From assembly GCA_964270895.1 (NCBI GenBank), contig OZ185453.1: a stretch of 64,000 nt of DNA, one strand, 5' to 3'. A program made the position numbers and the translations under genes. Under the pieces are notes generated by a model that made no database searches, had not been told where the DNA came from, and saw nothing but the letters and a program-made list of their open reading frames with translations. The DNA comes from Podarcis filfolensis (lineage: Eukaryota). Shown here piece by piece: positions 24,655 through 38,242 of the stretch (the stretch's first letter is position 1; every line of letters begins with the position of its first letter).

Positions 24655-24775
24655 GAAGGCTATTGCCCCCCCATATCCTGCTTCCCGAGCTTCCCATAGG
24701 CATCTGGTTGGTCATTATGGGTAGCAGAATGTTTGACTGGATGGGTCTTTGGTCCGATGCAACAGGGCTCCTTTT
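24655..24775 (+). mobile_element. CR1-type 3' end remnant
   Basis: cttcccataggcatctggttggtcatt...atgggtctttggtccgatgcaacagggctcc, homologous to 59970-60060. Confidence 0.55.
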
Positions 24776-25074
24776 ATGTAACTGTTTGTGAAGGCAACTA
24801 TTTGATCTGACAACTACAATTAATCCTTACAAGTGGAAGCAATGTAAAACTTGAAGCGCAAAAGAAGGCATGGGCAAGAAAAGGAAGCAAGTGTTAGAAG
24901 GCTTGAGCCAATTGGTGCCCCCCCCAAACAGAAAACGGGCCTCAATATTACGTTTTATCACTTAGAATCTGAAAGTCATCTTACTTTCTTAGTGGTTCCC
25001 CCTGCAGTGTCCCTGGGGATTAGAAGCATCAGCTTAAGGGTATACCATATAGCACACTGAAATGAGAGATAGAA

Positions 25075-25250
25075 AAGACATATTAGGGTGACTGGTTCAT
25101 TTCTCTCCCATTGCAGGATTGATGGTTCTCTACAGTATATCCACGAGTACTTTCTCAAGTCTAGCTTTAATGGTTCCAGTTTCTACCATATCCTTTGGGA
25201 AACAATTCTACAGTCTAATATACTTCTCTGTAAAAGAAAAATAATAATAA
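25075..25250 (-). mobile_element. Degenerate CR1-type fragment
   Basis: The reverse complement resembles the degraded CR1 3' portion at 59650-60063. Confidence 0.4.
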
Positions 25251-28200
25251 TAAAGTCTCGAGGGATACATTGGCAGGTACTGCTAATAGGGAAAGCAGAG
25301 AGGAAAGATTGAATTGAGTATGCCGCTCTCCTATTACAAAAGAGTCTTAAATAAACTAGTCACTAAGGGCCTATGTATTCTGGAGATACCAGTCCCAGTA
25401 GCCACACAGCTGTAGTCTTGCATTGCTCCAATGTAGCATTATCTATATTGAAGGTGTCCATTGTATAAATAGGTCCCAGTACTGATGAACCAACAGGTTT
25501 AAAAGAATTGCATTTCTCAAGGTTATTATGATATTAGATGTGAATCTTAGCTTTCCTAGCCATGAGAAATATCTGCACAGGGGTGGGAGAATGGGACAAT
25601 GGGAATACATATGGGAACATCTGCTCTTGAGTCAATTGATGAATTGCTCTACAAAACTCAGGCAAGAGCTCACAGCAAATCACTAGCTGAAAAATAGAAG
25701 AGATGGGAGATGATTGAGATAACACAATGAGGATGACGGGCAGGTCAGAAAATAATGATCTCACAGCGTATGCCCATTCTTTCTTTCCTTCTTGGGAAGC
25801 TGAAGCTAGTTAAGCAGGATATGTACATGGACTGCGTAGAACAGGGTTTTCAGGTTTTTCAGCTTTTTCAAGCGCATAAATGGATATGCTGCCACTTTTT
25901 TCTCCACCAAGAGTTCACTGTGCCCTGATACATTCTGATGTGCACAAGCTCCCATGCATTTGACTGAGGGATCTAATCTGTGGATGAAGAGTCATGCACA
26001 CACAGCTCAACTCCTCCAACTGAAATGAAGAGGAAAATATGTGCAGAAGTTTAGTAAAACATGTGCAGAAGCCACATGTACTCCTGCTCCCTAAACATGC
26101 AATTGAACCTAGAGGGTGTTCAATACATTCATTGATGAATATGAACAGTGATTGTTTAATGTAAGAGTGTCAGAGGCAATATGTCTCTGAATAGCAGTTG
26201 CCTAAATCACAAGTAGGGATGTCAGAAAAATCTGCAGTAACTTAACATAGATGTGAAATTCTCCATTTTTGAATGTTCATCTGCTGGTGAAGACCGAAAT
26301 CTGTCCATGCAGTTGCTGCTAGTATTTTTACCTTTTAAGAAAACCCTGGAGATTTTATGTAATTAATTGCATATGTCTAAATTACACAGTTCTGTCGAGC
26401 CTACCGTGTTCTCCATTATGTAATGTAGTCTTTTGCCTCCACATAGCACCTTCTGTCAAGGAGCTGTCCAACACTAAATGAAGACTCAGCTGTGGCAGGT
26501 GGTCTGAGCATTATTGTGACCACAGCTGAACTCTATATTGAACCCCCCTCATGAAGGAACCCTGCTCATCTTTGTATTTGAGGAAGACAAAGATGGAGAG
26601 TAAGTATAGAGGGGTGATGACCAGGAGGAGGAATAAGACTCCATGGTGGTCCAGAGCAAGCCTGTGCAAAATCCAAGCAGAGCTCAGAGCTCAATCCTCC
26701 CCCCCCCCCCCCCCGCAAGGTTCAGATGCGCCAGCTAGCTCTCCATGGGGAACTGGCTGCCACACCCAAACCGAGCAGGACTGAACTCTCACAGGCAATA
26801 GCTCATAGTAGTAGATCTTGTCACATTTATATCGGTCCAGAAAGATTGTCAGCAACAGCCAATCATCTGATAGACATACACATGCAAAACCTGCTAAGCA
26901 GCGATGCTGTTGGTTAAAACTGAAGGATTAAAATGAACTGTTTATAAATCCTTGAGGTATGTCCTGCAAAAATCGGATAAATTTGTGCATGTGTTGTGCG
27001 ACCACTACAAGCCTGCTGTGCTAGAAAACTAGTTATTTGTTTACAAGTAGTTAGCAACCATATTTCCACCACTCAGAATGGGGAATGCTTTTTATTTTAC
27101 CAATCGTTAGTAACATGCTCTAATGCCACAGTTCCCTGCTGCTGTGCAAGATTTCATTCTGTGCCACTCTTGTAATGTTTTCCTTTATGATTATTTTCAG
27201 GAGGAGAAAAATGGAATGCCATTTAAGGTCAGATTGCTTGAAATCAAAGAGAACCTAATTGCACTTACTGGGGGATTGAATTCATCCTTGTTATGAGCAA
27301 CACAAATAGGAACAGTCAAGGGTAATGATATGCTCCTATACATTCCCACAACAGCAAACCAGCCATTCCATTTTTAAATGGTTACTATATAGATTAAAAT
27401 CTAGCTCCCTGGCATTTTCATTCTGAGTCCAATGTACAGGAAGTTGAACGGGGGTCACAGAATCCAGCTGTCTAAAAGCTCCCATAGAGCTGATGAAAGT
27501 TTATTCAATTTTGTGGCCGAATTGGTGTGATTTCTCTGAGCTGGTGATAAACATCTAGCCTCCATCTTGATAAGCTATATTACCACGTATTATTAAGTAA
27601 GGCCATCAAAGCAGGAAAACAACAATTCCTAGTTTTGTACGTTCCTTTGGAAATGTCTTAGCAGGCATTAGCAGGGCAAGGTTAATCTTTGCTCCCTCTG
27701 GGATAGCTCTATGAGAACGACAGCCGGGATATAGTTAGTTAATTCATTTATCTTTAATTATTAGACTTCTGCAGAAAAGTCTCCTTAGTTCACACGTCAA
27801 AGAAAGGGAAATGGAATGTCTACAGATCTGTGGGCTTGACCTTGGGAGACAAACAGTGAGTCGTGTTTGCTGGAGAGGGTATAAAAATATTCATGAGCAT
27901 GCATTCCTTAGCTATAAACCCATAAAAATACCATTCATGACCCCATTGATTTGCTTTGCATGGACATTAATATTAAAAGGCTTTTATGGCCTTCAGGTGC
28001 GAAGAAAGAAGCTATACAGTTGCATGCCCTATTTTACCCCCAACTTAACCATGGTCAGCTGATTATATAATGGGAACTTATTCAAAGTCCTTCTTGGTAG
28101 TTATTCAGCTAACCCTGATGGTATATATTAATGAACAAGAGATAGCTATAGGGTTGACAGAAGACAGTTCTCTATTTATAAGGGCTGCAGAAGACAGCCC

Positions 28201-28874
28201 TTCATTTGAAAGTATCCACTATTTCAAAACAATCAGTGTCTGGTTTAAGATACAGAACAAATAAAAGGGGGAGCAGGAACCTTGAACACTTAGCAGCTCC
28301 TGGTTAGCAGTGCACAAGTCAATAGGCTGTATTCCTCAATCTGGTGAGATGTATCGTATTTATATTACTTTATTTGCAGATTAATGCCTATCTCATCATA
28401 TGCAAATTTTGCGTGAACTAGTTCCCCTATTTGACGATACAAATCCCTTTGGTTTAGTGTTTTTTGTTTTGTTTTGTTTTTGTTTTTTTGCAGTGCACAA
28501 CTGGCCACCCCAGATATCTGAACAGAAGCAAGCTTTCATACACATAAGGGGGCCCATTGCTTGTCCAGGCCCCATAGAAATAGCAGGATGTGTATTTTGT
28601 GAAGTAGACATCTGAATATCCACATCTGTTGAACTGCAGTTCTTATGTGCAGCTGGTTGCCTTTAACTAGTGTTAGGTGGGGACCTAGATGTTCAATATC
28701 CAGGGCAAAATAAATTTCAAATTATTTAGACTTTGTAAGGAAGAAACATTGATTTTTGTACATATTAAAAATAAACTTTGACAAGCAAGCATTTAATTTG
28801 ATGTAAGGCACCAAAGAATTTCACATGAGCTTGTTCTTAGATTGTTGATTTCTGCACCTACAGCTTTTCATGTA

Positions 28875-29134
28875 CAGTCATACCTCGGGTTGAAGTAGCT
28901 TCAGGATGAGTATTTTCGGGTTGCGCGGTGCGGCGACCCAGAAGTAATGGAGCAGGTTACTTCTGGGTTTCGCAGCTTGCGCATGAGCAGATGGTCAAAA
29001 TGACATCACGCGCATGCACGGAAGCAGCGAATTGCGACCCGCACACACGCAGACGTGGGGACACGGGTTGCGTTCGCTTCAGGATGTGAACGGGGCTCCG
29101 CAATGGATCCCGTTCGCATCCAGAGGTACCACTG
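28875..29134. mobile_element. Tc1/mariner (Tigger-like) MITE
   Basis: TA flanks at 28873-28874 and 29135-29136; termini cagtcatacctcgg / cagaggtaccactg. CpG-rich body related to 4820-5047. Confidence 0.75.
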
Positions 29135-29958
29135 TATATTGTTTCATAAATGCATATGTGAGAACACTTCAGGTTAAACAAAGCCAAGGGTATAATGATA
29201 CTACTATTTTGTTTAAATGAATATTCAGCTTCATATGTAAAGTTCCCCACTTAGCATCATGTGAGGCCTTTTATTTTATTTTCCATTAATATCAATCATG
29301 AAATATCTTTCTTACTATTCCTACAGGTCCCAGTTCTTGTTTGCCTGCCAGATGTGCTGCAAAACATTGTTTTGAAAAATTGCACTCACCCTGCTTCATG
29401 TAGAAAAATCTGCCATCTGCCTTACTCTTTTCTATCTATCCTACTGATTCCACTTTGATGGGATTGGGTCTTCCTTGAACTAAATTCACATCTGGAGGCT
29501 TTGAGTAGGTTATACTCACTGTCCTATTATGCTGAACGCACATCAAATGATCTTATTTATTTCATTTTTGGTGAAGAATTGAAATCCCCCCCTCCCCCAG
29601 ATTATGATATCCCCAACCTCATTTGGTTTTCAGCCTTTCCATAAAATGAAGGGAATGTGATCAGGTATATATTTCCTATGATTTCCTTTTAGACAAAACA
29701 CACACACACATATCACACAACTTTTAAGGGTAAAGGCTCACACATTCACAGCAACTAAAGCATCATTTCTATTGATTGTTATTAATACAAGAGTGGGGGA
29801 GAAGTTGTGCAAGTGGCAAATGCTGTGACACTTCCCTAGTCAACGTCAACCCAAGCCAGTCTCCACTCCCTTTCAGAGCCAAGCAATGCAGAAACTAAAC
29901 CACAAGGAATGACAGTGTTTTATGAACTATTCAACATTCCCCTTTCAAATCCCAACAG

Positions 29959-30482
29959 TGTGTGTGCATGTGTGCGTGTGTGTGTATTGCGGTCCATAGA
30001 CCTACAAAACAAAATACAATTAAGACAACCAAACAACAGGCGAAAGAGACTGAGCTAATCATTTTGTTATGTATATCTAGAGCATGATGGTCTTTGTTTC
30101 TTGCGACCTCTGAAAGAAACTTTGCCACGGTCAGTGTAGTATCATTTGATCTATCCTCCAGAAGGTATTTAATATGGGTGGCTTCAGATTTTCCAGGCAA
30201 ATTTGCTAGTAAGCGTTTGATCAGTTGATCCCTTGCTTGCTCGTACTGCCCACAATGCAGTAGGATATGGTTCATGCAATCAACGTCCTGAGAACATAAA
30301 CAAAGCCTATTCTGATAGGGGATGCCTCTCAGTCTACTGTTTAGAACTTCCGACGGAAATACATTTTATCTAGCTTTGGTAAATACTGTAAACACTGATA
30401 GGTGGGTACAGACAAGTTCCTAAGATATGAGGCTAACTGAAAGTCATGCCTTTATTGGATTCCATCTGCAATCAGGCCACAG
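29959..30482 (-). mobile_element. RTEX-like LINE 3' fragment (same family as 7099-7690) with TSD
   Basis: Minus ORF MNHILLHCGQYEQARDQLIK... matches the 7167-7613 ORF. The 3' end is ggtctatggaccgcaata plus a (CA)n tail. 12-bp TSD aaatcccaacag (29947-29958) / aaatcctaacag (30483-30494), with 1 mismatch. Confidence 0.8.
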
Positions 30483-30582
30483 AAATCCTAACAGAAATTT
30501 GTCAGAACACAATGAATGAAATAAAGCGGAATGACTGAAGTCCCATTCACAAACTCTTTATTAGTTCAAGTTCACAATTACT

Positions 30583-30719
30583 NNNNNNNNNNNNNNNNNN
30601 NNNNNNNNNNNNNNNNNNNNNNNNNNNNNNNNNNNNNNNNNNNNNNNNNNNNNNNNNNNNNNNNNNNNNNNNNNNNNNNNNNNNNNNNNNNNNNNNNNNN
30701 NNNNNNNNNNNNNNNNNNN
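30583..30719. other. Assembly gap (N run)
   Basis: 137 N. Confidence 1.
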
Positions 30720-32944
30720 TCCTATCTTACAGCATCTGCAGAGAGGAAGAATTTTCCCCACTTTATCTCTATTGTGATCTTTATCCAAATTTTGTCTCTA
30801 TGATGGATGAGATTCGGGAAGCTGCATCTAGAGAGATGTCTCAGAGCCAACTTGCACATTACGTTAAACATGTAGTTTGCGCCAAGTGCAAAAAATAAAA
30901 ATAAAAATCCCCTCTCCCTTGCAATATCCAGCAGGAGGATCTAAGTAGGACCAGGAGAACCCTGTTGTCCAGTGATGGCCCAGCCATTAGGCAGGTTAAA
31001 GTCATTGCCTCAGGCAGCAGAAGCTGCGGGTACCCCATCACCTGTTTTAACCTGCATCCAGCCTAAAGCTATACAGCTCCTGGAGAAGCATCACATCCTT
31101 CTCCAACTGTGACTAGAAAGAAAAGAGCAAAGGCAACTCCCTTTCAGAATAGAGATTTGGTATTGAATACCTTGATCACGCGATCAAGGTTAAACACTCA
31201 CATGAAGGCTAGCAGAAAACATCAGCAGTTAACATCAACTCAGCTAGAAGCTCGGAAAGCTTTCTAGCTTAGTATACTCCAATGGAATTTTCCAATGTTA
31301 GACACTTAGCAACATTCAAATAGGCATTCTCCATTTCAGTGTGCAATTAAACAATAATAATTAACAGGTTCCAGAGCTATTGTGAGTGGAAATCTGCTGA
31401 TGGGATGCTCCAGCTAAAGAGAGGTGGGGAATGATTCTTGCCTGTTCCTGTGTCCCCAGCAACCCTGAAAGCCTTTTCTGGATGGTTGGAGAGACCTCTC
31501 AAACAGCACAGGAGTTAGTCCAGGGAGCTGTAAGGCAATGGGGGAATTGTTGAAAACTGCCCCTTCCTTCTTCTGCTTGGAGCTTCCTGGACTTCAAAGT
31601 TCTTTCCACAAATAGAAGGAGCACTTGGAAGAGACCAGCCCCATTCTGGATGCAAACCACTGTGATAAATACTAGTAATTTAAAGATCAGTAAGCCGTGT
31701 TGATGATCCAGCCTAGGCTATCACATTATACTGAATTAAAGTGTCTATTCTTTTGCCTGCACATGTTTGCTTACTTATTTTCATGAGTATAGTGAGACAT
31801 TCTGGTCACTTTTGCAACAGTAATCTCAATAATTCACCCTTCCCTGCGTGTTACATCTGGATCTATAGCCTATGCAAGGAATCCTGCCAAGCTTGCTTGC
31901 ATTCTACAGAGCTGCCAACCCCAAGAGATGAAGCAACAGATGGTGGCTCTTCAAAACCATGAATGCCACCATGGAAGCTATTTACTCCCATCTATGGATG
32001 TGTACAGGGAACAGGGAATGTGACTCTGAAGAGAATGAAATGAGATTCTGCGAGTAATTGAAAAGAAGGCCATAAATAGCCACATATCAGCGCATTCTCT
32101 TATCCCATTTGACAACACATTTAGGATGAGCAAACACGGTGGCTCTGGAAATTAGTTGATTGCACACAGAACAAAAGATTCAATGCTTGCAAATGCATTT
32201 TTTAGCCACCCACAATATCTCCAGTCACTGCAATGATAAACAGAAAGAGAGATCACCTAAAAAAAAAATTGAAATCCATCCCCAGGCTTGCTCTGCCTCT
32301 CATGTGGGCTGCTGCATCCATTTAGCTCATTTCTGTTACTGAAAACATTTCATTGGGAGAAAGCTATTCTATTAATTAAAAACACCATAATGTCAATAAA
32401 CATCACTGGAGTCGTAACGAGAACGTGGAAAGAGAAAACAACATGGAAAGCGTTGAATAAGAGTCTAATTGCTAGCCATAGTGTGGTTCTGAAAAGCTTC
32501 TTACTGAGTGTTTTGTGGGAGTTTTTTGTCATAAAAATCAGCATATTGCACAGGGAAGAGCCATCAAAGTCCCCTACAGTGCTGTGTTCTTTTCATAATG
32601 GCTTACTTGTTTAATAGCATTAGTTTTGCCTCCATCTGACTGTTGGGCTTTGGTGGGTTTAAGTAATGTAATTCTCATATCTCGAAATAGGTGAGCCATA
32701 CCTATGGTATGGGTCAAATTGGCTTGACTGGGAATCCCCAGTTGCCAAAGGCTTCTAACCCAGCTGTGATTTCATAAAAAAATAATGATTAAACCAAATT
32801 CAGGGAGATTCCCCGCCCCCAGATGATCAGATCACCAATGATGATCCATAAGGGTAATTTCCATGGCTCTTGGACAGTTTCTTTATAAGTATTGGGTGCT
32901 CGTAGCGCACCATCTGAGAAGCCACCATCTCCCATTCACCAGTT

Positions 32945-32979
<35 letters not shown>

Positions 32980-32980
32980 T
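32945..32980. repeat. (TTTA)n microsatellite
   Basis: Seen directly. Confidence 0.9.
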
Positions 32981-33698
32981 TGGGGGGTCCTTTTCCTCTT
33001 TGCTCACTTTTAAAAAAAAATTTATCTCTGTGTATATTACCGGCAGGTACTGCTGTGTTCAAACCGTGCTTTTTCACGTTACCAGGCAATTTCCTTTACC
33101 AGGCAATTTCCTTGTTGATGGATCTTCCAAGCAGGTTGTGTGACTAAGGGCAGAAACATCAACCGTAAAACTCCAACCTCAGCAACCAGCGACTCTGTCA
33201 AAAAGAAATGCTGAGTCATAGCTGGCTGACTTGTCACTACCTCTACTGATTAGTCTCTCGTGTGATAAAGCTGCACTCCCTTCTACAGCTTGCCGGTTCA
33301 AACAGCTCTTTCTCAGCAAGGCTTTGGGACATTATTTCTGGACTTATGCCTTCTCTTGACGACCTCGTGACGGCCACTTTCTCATGCAGAGTCTGCTCCC
33401 TTGATACCCCCTTGAGCCAGCACACAAAAAACCCTAGCGATTCATATCTACAGTATATATATTTTGCAAATTGTTTCCCAGCTGAGATAAAATTCAACTC
33501 TTTTTAGGCCCCCAGCCTGCCATATTCTTCCCTAGGAGAAGGACATATTTAGAGGTCAGCTTGGCTTTTTTCCCTTTCCTCTTCTTATCCCTGGGGTCTA
33601 AAATCCTGACAAAGAATAATAGCATTTACACAGCAGTGACATCACATCTATAACAGGGAGCTTCTCCAGTATTCATGCATTAGCATTAAAAAGGGTAA

Positions 33699-33724
33699 CA
33701 CACACACACACACACACACACACA
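33699..33724. repeat. (CA)n microsatellite
   Basis: Seen directly. Confidence 0.9.
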
Positions 33725-33973
33725 TCCTAGAAAGGATAAGCAGGAAGACACAAAAGAAAAGAGAGAAGTGGGGTTGAAAAACAGTTTCCCTATCCTTATG
33801 CATTTCATGTTGCTCCTGGGTTGCCAGGATTTACAGATAAAAAGTAGAAGTAAAAAGTGTCTTGCTTTCTTAATTTAGAAATATTGGGAGAGTTTAAACT
33901 AGAAAAGTAACAGTGAAAACAAACTATAAATTGCTGAAGCCGACTAATAATTTGCCATAATAGACTGAATTTT

Positions 33974-34440
33974 TTTTTTAAAAAAAATATTTTTATTGGT
34001 TTTTATCATACAAAATTATAAAACATACCACACAGTTTATCACAAATGCAATCTTATTGGACTTCCATCAGCACCTCTGATAATCCTCCATCTTAATCAC
34101 TTCTTATGCATTTCCTAACTTAATATTGCCTTTACATCTCTTAACATATCATCTCTCCTTCTCCATTTTTACAATATTTCTAATCTTATTCCTCACAGAA
34201 CTTCTTGTAAACCTACAAACGTCGTCTGGTCATCACAAATACTTTTCAAATAATCCGTAAATTTACTCCAGTCTTCGGTAAATTTCTGGTCCCACCGGTT
34301 TCGAATCCTTCATGTTAGTTTATCAAGTTCCGCATAGTCCATTAATTTCATCCTCCATTCTTCCATCGTTGGCAATTCTTCTTGCTTCCATTTTTGGGCC
34401 AATAATATTCTTGCTGCTGTTACTGCATATAGAAAAAGCT
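33974..34440 (-). mobile_element. L1-clade LINE 3' fragment (5'-truncated) with TSD
   Basis: The minus strand encodes LFLYAVTAARILLAQKWKQEELPTMEEWRMKLMDYAELDKL, an ORF2 C-terminus of the fish/reptile L1 type. The 3' UTR has AATAAA plus an A-rich tail. TSD of ~16 bp, taatagactgaatttt, at 33958-33973 and 34441-34456. Confidence 0.85.
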
Positions 34441-34601
34441 TAATAGACTGAATTTTCTGGTGATGTATTATTAACCAGTGGTCGAATGCTTTGCTCCATT
34501 CATTCTTGCTCTTCTTCATTGTAGCTTCAACAGTAGTTGTTTGCAGAAAGAAATGCTAATTAGTCCCCAAACCAGCAACCATGCATGCATGGTCTTACCA
34601 C

Positions 34602-34860
34602 CAGCGCCGTCTTAAGCACATCTAGCGCCGTGGTGCAAAGATCCCTCCGGCACCCCTCCCCCTCCCCCCAGTTTCCCAGAGCTGTTGACCTTTCCCCAAG
34701 CCTCTGCGGAGATCGCTCTCCTCCCTCGGAGAGGAGAAGTGTGTAGGGAAAAGGGAGACCGCCGGCAAAGCCACACAGCTCCCCCACTCGCTGTGGCACC
34801 CCTGAGAGGCCAGCGCCCTGGCACAACGCACCAGTAAGCCCAGTAGGAAAGATGGCTCTG
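34602..34860. mobile_element. hAT (Tip100-like) non-autonomous element, 259 bp
   Basis: TIRs cagcgccgtctt / aagatggctctg; 8-bp TSD cttaccac at 34594-34601 and 34861-34868; GC-rich body. Confidence 0.8.
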
Positions 34861-37110
34861 CTTACCACATCCAAATGCTGCTCTAACGCAACATGGCCCT
34901 TTGATATTATGAAGCCAGTAGACGTAACATGCAAACCACTTATCATACCTACTGTTTGTGACAAAAAGACGCTGGAAAATTGCCAAAATGATTTTCTTTG
35001 TGAGTTAAATGCTCTCCATTGAGGCTTGCAGAAAACCAAAACCAACCCTAAGCAAGTGTGTTTTAATTGTTGTACCTTAGGGTGATGGGCAGGATAACAA
35101 CAACAATACTGGCTTAGTCATTGGGGCAGAGTGTGTACAGTGATGGTCCTGGGTTCAAATCCCCCATCAGCCACAAAGCTCACTTGGTGAATAACCTAGC
35201 CTACTTTACAAGGGCATCGTGATAATAAAATGAAGGGCAGAGAACCATACATGCTACCTCAATCTTCTCAGAGAAAAGGTGGTGTACCAGTCAATACATT
35301 TGTCAGGCCTGGGAGCCCAGGGTTTGTTAGGATTTTAGTGCTTTGAACAAGAGACCAAATCTCTGCTCTTCCTCTCCTTTTTCTGGCCACAGTCCTGGAA
35401 TTAATATCTCCACAACTGCAGTGTTTCTCATTTCCTTACCTGACCTTCTGCTCCAGCCAATGCTAAGTAACTATCAGAAGATTCATATTGGTGTTCATAA
35501 TTCACTTTAAATATGGCTTCAAAACTGAACTGGAGAATTAGGGAGCACTATCAATTTCCCACAAGGAATACTAGTACTACTCAGTAATCCTGTGCACCCC
35601 TGGCAACCCCTACAGGAAAAACAACAACAAACCCCACACAAATACAGCCAGGCAGCACACATAGAAACTACACACCCGAACAAAGCAGGCGACTCCAGAA
35701 CCCCTCATTTTACTGCAGTCACTAAAACGCTTCCACCTCGGACACCCCCCCCCCCACTACATCTCTGGCCTTCAGATAGTTACCAAGAAGTTTCCTCTTC
35801 CTTCTGATGCTGGGAAATGAAGCACAACTGCCTTGCTCTCTTCTTTCCTTTCCTAAGGATTCCTCTGGGCCCAAGTGGGGTACATTCTGAGAATAAAAAT
35901 AAATAAATGGCTGGGAGCTGTAGCTTGTCTGCCAAGGATAAAATAGTAACCACCCCCCATACATACACAAAAAGGGAGGCAGAGTGACTTTTGCAGTTGT
36001 TGTTAAAACAACAAAACATAGGAGAGAGTGAGGGAGAAATTTCTGCAACAACAATGTGATATCAACTCTACCCAAGGCATGATGCATAACAGCAAGAACC
36101 AGGAAAAGATAGGAATAGCATTTTCCAAGGACAGGAAGAAACACCACGGACAGAATAATTGCCCCACACAGGAAGAACAAGGATATAGTTTGACTGCCTC
36201 ACTTGTAGTTTTATAAATTGTTTAATGTGTCAACACGAATAGAAGTCGTTGATATTGCAGTTGTTGTATAAGGGATTATTATTATTATGACAGGAATTAA
36301 TAAGTTTTTGGAACGCAGAAATAAAGAAAAGCGTCAAACCATCAATTATAGCACATGGGGGGCACCTTATTTAAATTATATAATTTGGTATTTGAATGAT
36401 TGGCATTAGTAATTGTATTATAAATTGGTATTGTTATAATGAGGCTGTTATTGGATTGCAATTGAAAGCTAATACAAATTAGGGGACAAAGGGGGGGGGT
36501 GAATAAGATCTTAGAAGGCACCAAGGGAGATGTCTGAAGACACCATGATGCTCAGAAGCATCATATTAGAGACCCCTGATGTAGAAAATACTGGGTTACC
36601 TGAAACAATAGTCTGATATATATTCCTGCATTGTACAATCTTGAGGAAGGGAAAGAGCTTGTTATTTCCTATTATTTCCTTATTACCAGCATATTGACAG
36701 CTTTGTGCTTGCTTAACTGCTGGGAAGGTTGCACAAGACATATAACCTGCATATTTCTGCCTGAAGCGAGAAAGTTTTGGGGTAGGAAGACCCATAGACA
36801 ATTCAGCAGGGAAATAAATCCCATCATATTCATACCCTTGCAGAAAGAAAGAAAAAAGAATTTCCCAGACAGTGTGCTCCTTTTGCAAAAGCCTTTTGGC
36901 AGCTCTTGCCATCAGTTCCCGACTTTTCATTCAACAGCAAGCAAACATTTACAACATTTATATGAGGTTTACAGGTTAAAGTTTCTATAAGAGCCAGTGT
37001 CTACCCATAGCTCCTCATGATCTCATCTCCAGATTAATTATGTGCTGTGAAACTGGCGTTCTACCTGTGTGACCCACCACTTTCGTAAAGAGGAAGGAAA
37101 AAGCTGCGTG

Positions 37111-37352
37111 CAGTGGTACCTCGGGTTAAGTACTTAATTCGTTCCGGAGGTCCGTACTTAACCTGAAACTGTTCTTAACCTGAAGCACCACTTTAGCTAA
37201 TGGGGCCTTCTGCTGCTGCCGTGCCGCTGGAGCACGATTTCTGTTCTCATCCCGAAGCAATGTTCTTAACTTGAAGCACTATTTCTGGGTTAGCGGAGTC
37301 TGTAACCTGAAGTGTATGTAACCTGAAGCATATGTAACCCGAGGTACCACTG
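37111..37352. mobile_element. Tc1/mariner (Tigger-like) MITE
   Basis: TIRs cagtggtacctcgggtta / taacccgaggtaccactg; TA on the right. It is an opposite-orientation relative of 49697-49911. Confidence 0.85.
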
Positions 37353-37839
37353 TACTAGATTGCTGACCTGTTTCCTGCAACATTTTGAGGAAAAACTGTC
37401 CACCCAGTAATGGACAAATGAGTTGGCACTACATCCTACATCAGATATCTATCATGAGATGAAGAACCACAGCTAATTTGGTGTATTAATGCACAACCGA
37501 TATTTAGGCAACTCCACACTTCTGTGAGGGTTGCGTTCTGGGCCCCCACATGCACAAGTGAAATGTGTGTAAGTAGGGAGCCCACTTTAGTATTGTACTA
37601 TGTGAGACAGGAGGCAAATGAAACGAGGCAAAGGATCCGTGTTCCTTACTTTGCTGGGTTGATCGGTTTATTCCGAGGTTTTCTTTCCCTGTCCAATATC
37701 TCTTTGCATTTGTTACTTCAGATCCAGCTCCCATTTCTTTACAGCTAGATGCCAAATCCTGTGGATTTGTGCAAGAGAATGAGAGAGATGCAGGATTTTC
37801 CTCTCTTCCAAGGCAAACTGCAGCCCCACAGGAAGATAA

Positions 37840-38242
37840 GTAAAGGTAAAGGTAAAGGTAAAGGTAAAGGTAAAGGTAAAGGTAAAGGTAAAGGTAAAGG
37901 AACCCCTGACCATTAGGTCCAGTCGTGACCGACTCTGGAGTTGTGGCACTCATCTCGTTCTATAGGCCGAGGGAACCGGCGTACAGCTTCCGGGTTATGT
38001 GGCCAGCATGACTAAGCCGCTTCTGGCGAAACAGAGCAGCGCATGGAAATGCCGTTTACCTTCCCACCGGAGCAGTACCTATTTATCTACTTGCACTTTG
38101 ACGTGCTTTTGAACTGCTAGATTGGCAGGAGCTGCGACTGAGAAACGGGAGCTCACCCCATCGTGGGGATTCGAACCGCCAGCCTTCTGATCGGCAAGTC
38201 CTAGGCTCTGTGGTTTAACCCACAGCGCCACCCGCGTCCCAT
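37840..38242 (-). mobile_element. Sauria SINE with expanded (ACCTTT)n tail
   Basis: About 10 aaaggt units at 37841-37900; 12-bp TSD acaggaagataa at 37828-37839 and 38243-38254. Confidence 0.92.

Noticed and set aside
30531-30803. ORFs spanning N runs (also 39628-39958)
   Set aside because: They are artefacts of translating across assembly gaps.
30733-30900. Plus-strand acceptor followed by ICREEEFSPLYLYCDLYPNFVSMMDEIREAASREMSQ...
   Set aside because: It is short, sits next to an assembly gap, has no recognised homolog and no consistent plus-strand exon chain.
34560-35045. 161-aa and 124-aa minus-strand ORFs
   Set aside because: They span a GC-rich hAT non-autonomous element and show no recognisable domain.
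37841-37900. Regular 6-bp direct repeats resembling an array
   Set aside because: It is the expanded (ACCTTT)n tail of a Sauria SINE with no spacers, so it is not CRISPR-like.
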